From Parcubacteria group bacterium GW2011_GWA2_37_10 (GTDB taxonomy: Bacteria > Patescibacteriota > Minisyncoccia > Minisyncoccales > Staskawiczbacteraceae): DNA of 33,701 nucleotides. The stretch's first letter is position 1. Every line of letters starts with the position of its first letter. The stretch covers positions 1 to 33,701 of the forward strand of contig LBSQ01000019.1 in assembly GCA_000992015.1 (NCBI GenBank), in the 5' to 3' direction. The notes beneath the pieces are model-generated. The model was given only the letters and a program-made list of their open reading frames with translations. It was not told the DNA's origin and did not search any database. Both the position numbers and the translations under genes were made by a program. Of the stretch, positions 16,249 to 22,541 are shown one piece after another.

Positions 16249-17122
16249 CTATAAAATAATACAAGGAGATTGCATCAAACTTCTTTCAAGCAAAAAAAAA
16301 TTTCAAGAAGTTGATTTGACATTTTTAGACCCGCCCTTTAATCAAGATAAAGAATATAATTTATGGAATGATAAATTACCGGAAAATGAATACTGGCGAC
16401 TAATGAAAGACGTTTGCAGAGGAGTTTTTGAGATTACTTCCAATGGCGGGGCTATTTATTTTATGCAGAGAGAAAAAAATGCTGAATTTGTCTTGCAATG
16501 CCTTCGTGAAACTGGTTGGTTGTTGCAGAACCTTATTATTTGGAAAAAAAAATCTTCGGCTGTGCCTTGTTCGAACAAATTTGGTAAGCATTACCAGATA
16601 ATTGGTTTTGCAACGAAAGGGCAAAAGCCAAAAGTTTTCAACCGTTTGCGAATTTCTCCGCCATTACCGAAAAATTATAAATATGAACGAGAAAATGGAG
16701 TTTATTTAACAGACATCTGGGACGATATAAGAGAATTAACCTCTGGTTATTTTGCTGGGAATGAAGCTATTAGAAAAAAAAATGGAGAGAGATTTCACAA
16801 GCAGCAATCTCCAATAACGTTATTGTTAAGAATAATTCTTTCATCCACTGAAGTCGGCGACATTGTGTTCGATCCTTTCGCAGGAACGGGGACAACTTTA
16901 GTAGTCGCCGAGCAATTAAAAAGAAAATCTATTGGAATTGAAATAGATAAAAACAACGTAGAAGGTTTAAAAGATAGATTAGAAAGAATGAGTCAGTCTG
17001 ATGATATAATGAAGTATTATAAAGAATATATTTATACAAAAAATTTAAAAGAAATATGGGGCGTCGATTCAGCTCCTTTCACTATAAAAAAAAGAGAAGA
17101 ACTTAGTTTGTTCAAATTATGA
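16241..17122 (+). CDS. beta-class N6-adenine/N4-cytosine DNA methyltransferase
   Basis: Motif IV DPPF (LTFLDPPFN) precedes motif I FDPFAGTGTT, which is the beta permutation. It also has the HKQQSP (HPxxKP-like) motif. Confidence 0.9.
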   Translation: MNNYKIIQGDCIKLLSSKKKFQEVDLTFLDPPFNQDKEYNLWNDKLPENEYWRLMKDVCRGVFEITSNGGAIYFMQREKNAEFVLQCLRETGWLLQNLIIWKKKSSAVPCSNKFGKHYQIIGFATKGQKPKVFNRLRISPPLPKNYKYERENGVYLTDIWDDIRELTSGYFAGNEAIRKKNGERFHKQQSPITLLLRIILSSTEVGDIVFDPFAGTGTTLVVAEQLKRKSIGIEIDKNNVEGLKDRLERMSQSDDIMKYYKEYIYTKNLKEIWGVDSAPFTIKKREELSLFKL

Positions 17123-17262
17123 CGTATTCTATTTATCATTTTTTTCAATCGATAGTTCAACAAAAGCATTTTTTCAAAAAATGAATTACAAGGTTTCGAA
17201 ATTTTTAAAATTAAGCATCACCTTAATGGATATTTTTTGGTCATGCAAATAAAATTGTAGTT

Positions 17263-17805
17263 ATGACTTGGATTGACTTCTATAATTTTTTAGGAATTAG
17301 AGATTTTATTTATTATATTTCCTCTCCCCAAATTCAGGATATGCTTTTTCCGGTAAAGCTGGTTTTTGTCTGTTTCGCGATGTTTTTTTTGGCAGGTGTG
17401 ATATATTTTACGGTAAACTCCAGCTGGTTGCAGTATAAATTTTTAGAAGATGTGACAGAATTTTTTTCATGGCAATCTTACGGTTTACGGACAATATCAA
17501 AACGTTGGAAAAAAATTAGGCAAAAATTAGATACAGGAATTGAAGCAGAATATAAACTGGCTGTAATTGAAGCCGACGACTTTTTGGGAGAAATGCTGGA
17601 AGAAAGGGGATTTCTGGAAAAAGGTTTTGAAGAGTCATTAAAAAAAGCCGGCAAGGGTATGTTGCCAAATTTGGATGAAATTTTATCATCTCACGAAGTG
17701 CGGAACTCTATAGTTTATAATCCAGACTACGAAATAAACGGGGAGACGGTAAAAAAAATCTTAGCTGTTTACGAGTCTGCGATAAATAATTTAGGAGCCG
17801 CATGA
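17263..17805 (+). CDS. hypothetical membrane protein
   Basis: One clear hydrophobic helix (VKLVFVCFAMFFLAGVIYF). No family recognised. Confidence 0.6.
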   Translation: MTWIDFYNFLGIRDFIYYISSPQIQDMLFPVKLVFVCFAMFFLAGVIYFTVNSSWLQYKFLEDVTEFFSWQSYGLRTISKRWKKIRQKLDTGIEAEYKLAVIEADDFLGEMLEERGFLEKGFEESLKKAGKGMLPNLDEILSSHEVRNSIVYNPDYEINGETVKKILAVYESAINNLGAA

Positions 17806-17834
17806 TTTTGCCTGCATCAATTGCTAATATCAAA

Positions 17835-17951
17835 CTATCTGGAAAACAGTAAACTTGTTCCGACCGAAAAAAGTATCGTGCTGATAGCCACCAGGCTGAT
17901 TAAAATAATCCAGGTTATTTTAAAAATTGTTTTTGCTTTTATTCTCTTCAT
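17835..17951 (-). CDS. possible 38-aa small membrane protein
   Basis: An ATG-started ORF, MKRIKAKTIFKITWIILISLVAISTILFSVGTSLLFSR, in an otherwise empty 200-nt gap. There is no other support. Confidence 0.3.
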   Translation of the reverse strand: MKRIKAKTIFKITWIILISLVAISTILFSVGTSLLFSR

Positions 17952-18005
17952 ATATTTATTTAGTTAAATATTTACCGTAGCGATATATTCTTTTTAGTTT
18001 TCTTT

Positions 18006-18428
18006 ATGGTATCAAATTTTGATAAAAAACAAAAGAGGGTGTTTTCTAAACGTAATTTTTATTTTATTACCGGAGGAATTTTGTTTTTAATTGTCTCCGC
18101 GCTGTTGATTTTTGCTGATATTAAAATATATAAAGAAAAGAAAAGACTTAATGCGCAGATTAGCGGTTATAAAAAACAAATTCAGGAAATTGAAAATAGG
18201 AACAAAACGTTAAAAGAGGGGATAGCAGGGGCAAACAATGATAATTATATAGAAAAAGCCGCCAGAGAGGAATTAGATTTGCAGAAACAAGGAGAAAAAG
18301 TTGTGACATTTATTATGCCTTCGCCCCAGCAACAGAACCAAGAAAAAAACCAGCAAAATTTTTTTGATATTAAAGCATGGGCAATCTGGCTATCGCAAAG
18401 CTGGAGCTGGATAAAAGACAAATTTTAG
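18006..18428 (+). CDS. FtsB/DivIC-like septum formation initiator
   Basis: N-terminal TM helix, then a coiled coil, then an IEKAAREELDLQKQGEKVV motif typical of FtsB/DivIC. Confidence 0.65.
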   Translation: MVSNFDKKQKRVFSKRNFYFITGGILFLIVSALLIFADIKIYKEKKRLNAQISGYKKQIQEIENRNKTLKEGIAGANNDNYIEKAAREELDLQKQGEKVVTFIMPSPQQQNQEKNQQNFFDIKAWAIWLSQSWSWIKDKF

Positions 18429-18448
18429 GGTAAGGTATTTTATAGTTT

Positions 18449-18520
18449 GCGGGTGTCGTATAACGGCTATTATGATTCCTTCCCAAGGAATAGACGGCGG
18501 TCCGACTCCGCTCACCCGCT
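18449..18520 (+). tRNA. tRNA-Gly (anticodon CCC)
   Basis: Hand-folded cloverleaf with acceptor GCGGGTG/CACCCGC. It carries the G1:C72, C2:G71, G3:C70 and U73 glycine identity set. The anticodon loop is TT-CCC-AA. The T-loop TCCGACT is unusual in having C55. No CCA is encoded. Confidence 0.85.
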
Positions 18521-18609
18521 TGACAAAGTATAATATAAAGTGTAAACTTTAACTGTGTTGCTCTTTGAGAGAAACGAGGTTCCAATCACCTTTTTGAGGA
18601 GTAAGTCCA

Positions 18610-19638
18610 ATGCCGATTTTGATGCCGAGTTTTTTTGGTCCGATATCTGTAAGAACATTGGCCGATTTGATCGCCGCTACGGCAACGGCAGATGAAACTA
18701 GTCCCGATTCAAAAAACGGGTGGGAGACAGATACTGCTTACCGCCTAGTTGAACGGCTTGTCATAGGCAGATGCAGTGATCATGGAGCTTTTGCTGACAT
18801 TGCCCAGCGAGTACTTATGATGGTATACAATCTTCCTGAGGCGAGGGTATTATCGCTCCTTGCCAAGTTTAACGGCGTCCGTCGTCTTCCAATGAACTCC
18901 GGCCTCGAGCAAGTTCTTGCGGCGATGGTAGGGGAATTGGAGCAAGCCATTGCTATGTTGCCAGACGGCACGAGAAAAATGCGTTGCCGGTCGTTTCTCA
19001 AATACCAAGAAGGTATTTTCTACGACGCGTGCGGCAGGTTTGACCTTGCGGCCGCAATGCACATTCAATCAGCATACGAGGCTAGTCGTATAAACGACGC
19101 GCCAGGAGCGACGATTGCTCAGTTTTGCGAAATGGCTTGCCGTTTCAAACATGCCTTGTGTCAAGACAAAATGGATGACGCGGACGTCTGGTTTCAGTGC
19201 ATGGAAGGAAGCTTTGCACAAGTTGTTGAAGCAACGCGCAATTCACCCTTTCAGGTGTCGTGGGCAGAGGATAACTGTCCTGCGTGCATGTTGGCGGCGT
19301 GCATATGGGTTGATCAAGCCCCCAAGGAATGGAGGGCTTGGGTGGCGACCCTTGTTGCTACCGCCAAGCTCGCCAAAGTGTATGAGTACGATGGAAGGTT
19401 TGCCCAGGCGGTGGAAATGGCTTTTATGGGTAACCCTGAAGCTGATGCGGCATTGATCGCAATTTCAGGCGACAGCGTCAACCCTGAATTGCAGGCGACA
19501 GTCTTGTTGTTGCTCGCCCGCCGTGCTATGCGCGCGGGAAAGAGAGATGCGGCGACAGAATTTGTCAATCGCATGCCAAAAGAAGGCGCACAACACGTGT
19601 GCGCTGTTGCCCAGCGCTTGCTGGCAATTAATAAGTGA
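18610..19638 (+). CDS. GC-rich ORFan, predicted all-alpha (TPR-like) 342-aa protein
   Basis: An uninterrupted 342-codon frame in a roughly 57% G+C patch (hand count of line 19261). GAGGAG lies 8 nt before the ATG. TPR-like helical pairs occur (YQEGIFYDACGRFDLAAAMHIQSAYEA; YEYDGRFAQAVEMAF). No family recognised. Confidence 0.7.
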   Translation: MPILMPSFFGPISVRTLADLIAATATADETSPDSKNGWETDTAYRLVERLVIGRCSDHGAFADIAQRVLMMVYNLPEARVLSLLAKFNGVRRLPMNSGLEQVLAAMVGELEQAIAMLPDGTRKMRCRSFLKYQEGIFYDACGRFDLAAAMHIQSAYEASRINDAPGATIAQFCEMACRFKHALCQDKMDDADVWFQCMEGSFAQVVEATRNSPFQVSWAEDNCPACMLAACIWVDQAPKEWRAWVATLVATAKLAKVYEYDGRFAQAVEMAFMGNPEADAALIAISGDSVNPELQATVLLLLARRAMRAGKRDAATEFVNRMPKEGAQHVCAVAQRLLAINK

Positions 19639-19647
19639 TTTAGCGAT

Positions 19648-20172
19648 ATGATTATTTATTTTGTTCGTCATGGAGAAACAGAGTGGAATAAAAAAAAGAT
19701 TGTTCAGGGTCATAAAGATTCGCCTTTAACTATAAAGGGAACAAGCAGCGCCGAAAGATTGGGAAAACTTTTGCGCGGGAAAAAGATTGAAATAATTTAT
19801 TCCAGCGATTTGGGAAGGTGCGTTCAAACAGCTGAAATCATAAATAGATGTCTTAAAGTAAAAATAATCAAGACAAAAAAACTACGCGAGAGGAATTTTG
19901 GCGATCTTAATGGACGGCCGAACAAAGAAGTCAAAAAAATCCTTGATTTAAATAATCCTGATAAAAAAGCTCCGAATGGTGAAAGTTTTAACGAGCAAAA
20001 AGAAAGAGTAGTTTTATTTATAAAGAAACTATTTTCAGAAAAATTCAAAAAAATTTTATTAGTTATTCATGATGGAACCGCAAGAGCGATATTATCAGAG
20101 CATTATAACGCGAATTTTAATTCTAAAAAGTGCGGCACATACTCAAATAAAATTTATAAAATAATAAAATAA
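19648..20172 (+). CDS. histidine phosphatase family protein (phosphoglycerate mutase-like)
   Basis: N-terminal RHGETEWN catalytic motif, SDL.R..QTAE, and a later H (VIHDG). Confidence 0.85.
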   Translation: MIIYFVRHGETEWNKKKIVQGHKDSPLTIKGTSSAERLGKLLRGKKIEIIYSSDLGRCVQTAEIINRCLKVKIIKTKKLRERNFGDLNGRPNKEVKKILDLNNPDKKAPNGESFNEQKERVVLFIKKLFSEKFKKILLVIHDGTARAILSEHYNANFNSKKCGTYSNKIYKIIK

Positions 20173-20176
20173 AAAC

Positions 20177-20569
20177 ATGGTAAATTTTTTAAGAGCTCCA
20201 AAAAAATCTATAATTTATGAAGACGATATTTTGTATGTTTGTCTGGCAAAAAAGCCGATTGCTGTCGGACATACTATTGTTGTTTTTAAACAAGATGTTT
20301 CTGATTTGAGCAAACTGCCGGACAGAGATTATGATTATTTAATGGATACGGTTTTTGCCACGCGAAACGGCTTGATGAAAACTTTGAAAGTTAAAAAAGT
20401 TTATCTGGTTTATATGGATGAAACAAAACACGTGCATTGGCATTTGATTCCAAGATACAAAGAAAAAGGATTTGATGTTTTCAAAAAAGCATCAGATATT
20501 TTACAGGATTTTTCTTTAGCCGATAAAATTAAAAAAAATTTGGTATTTATTAAAGACGAGCGGTTTTAA
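20177..20569 (+). CDS. HIT-family (histidine triad) protein
   Basis: GHTIVV and the HVHWHLIPR histidine-triad motif. Confidence 0.85.
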   Translation: MVNFLRAPKKSIIYEDDILYVCLAKKPIAVGHTIVVFKQDVSDLSKLPDRDYDYLMDTVFATRNGLMKTLKVKKVYLVYMDETKHVHWHLIPRYKEKGFDVFKKASDILQDFSLADKIKKNLVFIKDERF

Positions 20570-20592
20570 TATATAACCGCTCATTACATTCT

Positions 20593-20919
20593 ATGCACGA
20601 AATTATTTTAACAGCAATTTTGATATTAGTAATTTTATATGCGATTTATTTAAGTTTTCAAAAACGGGCGATTTGGGAGGATTTGCAGGTTGAAAAAATT
20701 AGGAGGGAATGGGATTTGGCTTATTTTTATTACCAAACGCATCAACAAGATTTTGCTATGCTTACAAAAGATTATTTTTTTGCCGATTATCCTCTTTTGA
20801 AAAAAGTTTTTGCGGAGTCTAAAATAGAGGAAATAAAAGATTATCTTAAAAAAGGCAGTTCTGATATTTTGCCATATTTTAATAATGTTGATAAATTTAA
20901 GAAAAGATTTTTAAGATAA
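20593..20919 (+). CDS. hypothetical small membrane protein
   Basis: N-terminal TM helix. No family recognised. Confidence 0.55.
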   Translation: MHEIILTAILILVILYAIYLSFQKRAIWEDLQVEKIRREWDLAYFYYQTHQQDFAMLTKDYFFADYPLLKKVFAESKIEEIKDYLKKGSSDILPYFNNVDKFKKRFLR

Positions 20920-20928
20920 TAAAACTTT

Positions 20929-20999
20929 GCCGTTTTAGCTTAGTGGTAAAGCAACGGTTTCGTAAACCGTAGACGCAAGTTCGATTCTTGCAAGCGGCT
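20929..20999 (+). tRNA. tRNA-Thr (anticodon CGT)
   Basis: Hand-folded cloverleaf with acceptor GCCGTTT/AAGCGGC, D arm GCTT-AGTGGTA-AAGC, anticodon loop TT-CGT-AA and T arm GCAAG-TTCGATT-CTTGC. Confidence 0.9.
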
Positions 21000-21036
21000 C
21001 ATGTAAATCTTTGCGGTTTGTGGTAGTATAAAATCA

Positions 21037-21347
21037 CCGAACCATAGGGACAGATTGTAGAAGAGATAAGGGTGGACCCGCCGAGAAACGCATAACTCGG
21101 TCGCTGGCTCGACTCCAGATGCTCTTTTACAATCTGTCTGCGCAGGGCGAAATGACTAGAGACAAGAATGAAGACCCCCCGAGATCTACGCATCGGGCAA
21201 TTTCATTCGCCTCCAGCCTTATGGCTGTTTGGGTTTGGGGACTATTTCCGCCCCCTATCAGACCTAAGAGAGGTTCGCTCTAAGTTGTTTTGCCAAGGGA
21301 CGCGCTGTTGTGCTCGGTGGATGGCACCGGCGCGTCCCTCTTTTTTT
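21037..21347 (+). ncRNA. unclassified GC-rich structured RNA candidate (about 310 nt; the 5' end is estimated)
   Basis: A 17-bp long-range helix pairs 21049-21065 with 21122-21138. A second helix pairs 21146-21155 with 21203-21211. Several local hairpins are present, and a strong terminator lies at the 3' end. G+C is about 57% on line 21061 by hand count. No plausible ORF. Confidence 0.5.
21297..21347 (+). terminator. strong rho-independent terminator
   Basis: GGGACGCGC (21297-21305) pairs with GCGCGTCCC (21330-21338). An inner GTGC/GCAC pairing adds to the stem. It is followed by TC and T7. Confidence 0.7.
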
Positions 21348-21404
21348 ATATTTTTTGATATGATAAAATAACCTAAACATAATATAATTTTTCATTTGAT
21401 ATAA

Positions 21405-22512
21405 ATGGCGGAATTTGAAAATAAAATTGAAGAACTAAAAAACAGGCTCCATAAGTTGATGGAGCGTCTTTGACATAGAAAGCAAGGAAAAGGAAATAAA
21501 AAAGTTAGAGGTGGAAACAGAAAAACCGGATTTTTGGAGAGATAATGAAAATGCCGCCAAAACGAGCCAAAAAATTTCTGAATTAAAAGAGGAAATTGAG
21601 AGTATTGAAAAAATAAAAAAAGAGATAGATGATTTAGCGGAGTTGAACATTTTGGGAAAAGATGACGAAAAAATGGTTGAATCTCTTGAAAAAAAATATC
21701 AGGAAATTGAATCAAAATTGGCAAAAGAAGAAATTAAAATTTTTTTGTCTGGCAAATATGACAGGAATAACGCAATAGTAGAAATATTTTCTGGCGCCGG
21801 GGGCCAGGATTCGCAAGATTGGGCGGCGATGCTGTTGCGAATGTACGAAAGATATTGCGGCAAAAAAGGTTTTAATGCCACAGTTTTGCAACAGTCGTTT
21901 GGAGACGCCGGGGGACCCGAGGGAAGAATCGGAATAAAATCTGTAACAATAGAAGTCAAGGGAAACTATGCTTACGGATATTTGAAAAAAGAATCAGGTG
22001 TGCACAGATTGGTAAGAATTTCTCCGTTTAATGCCCAGAAGTTAAGGCACACTTCTTTTGCGCTCGTGGAGGTTTTGCCGGAAATTGGCGGTAAAGATGT
22101 TGAACTGGAAATAAAACCCGACGATTTAAGAATAGATACTTTCCGAGCCGGGGGTCCTGGCGGACAATATGTAAATAAAACAGAATCTGCAATAAGAATA
22201 ACGCATATTTCAAGCGGAATTGTTGTGTCGTCGCAGTCAGAAAGATTGCAGGGAAAAAACAAGGAAAACGCGATGAAGGTTTTACGCGCAAAATTATATA
22301 AACTAAAAGAAGAGGGAAGAGAAAAAGAGTTAAAAAAAATTAAGGGCGATTCGGTTTCCGCGTCCTGGGGAAATCAAATAAGGTCTTATGTGTTGCATCC
22401 GTATAAATTGGTAAAAGATTTGCGCACGCAATATGAAACGTCTGATGCCGAAGCCGTGTTGGATGGAAATTTGGAAAAATTTATAGAAGCCGAATTAAAA
22501 ATAAATTTTTAA
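21405..22512 (+). CDS. prfB: peptide chain release factor 2 (requires a +1 programmed frameshift at 21471)
   Basis: Frame-0 ORF MAEFENKIEELKNRLHKLMERL ends at TGA 21471-21473. The +1 frame continues DIESKEKEIKKLE...DFW into the tracked ORF. That ORF carries the SPF and GGQ (RAGGPGGQYVNK) motifs. Confidence 0.93.
21461..21474 (+). other. prfB autoregulatory +1 frameshift site
   Basis: GGAG-CGT-CTT-TGA-C. An SD-like GGAG sits 3 nt before the slippery CTT T, followed by in-frame TGA C. This is the same layout as E. coli AGGGGG-TAT-CTT-TGA-C. Confidence 0.85.
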
Positions 22513-22541
22513 TAAAATTTTAAATTATTAAACTTCGAGAT

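Noticed and set aside
16292-16782. Phase-variable methyltransferase via A9 homopolymers.
   Set aside because: A8-A10 runs are frequent throughout this AT-rich, Lys-rich genome, for example at 23351-23359 and within many genes. There is no evidence of length heterogeneity.
21037-21347. Calling the structured RNA tmRNA, RNase P RNA or SRP RNA.
   Set aside because: The hallmark motifs were not found by eye. RNase P should show GGAAAGTCC and ACAGAA..CGGCTTA. tmRNA should show a GGGG 5' end, a tRNA-like T-arm and CCA-proximal 3' end, and an ALAA-type tag. SRP RNA should show the GGAAGCAGCC loop. It is left unassigned pending cmscan.
20999-21371. ORFs 20999-21193 (-) and 21168-21371 (+) in the tRNA-Thr/prfB gap.
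   Set aside because: They have implausible composition and no start signals. The region folds into long helices and ends in a terminator, so it is treated as an RNA candidate.
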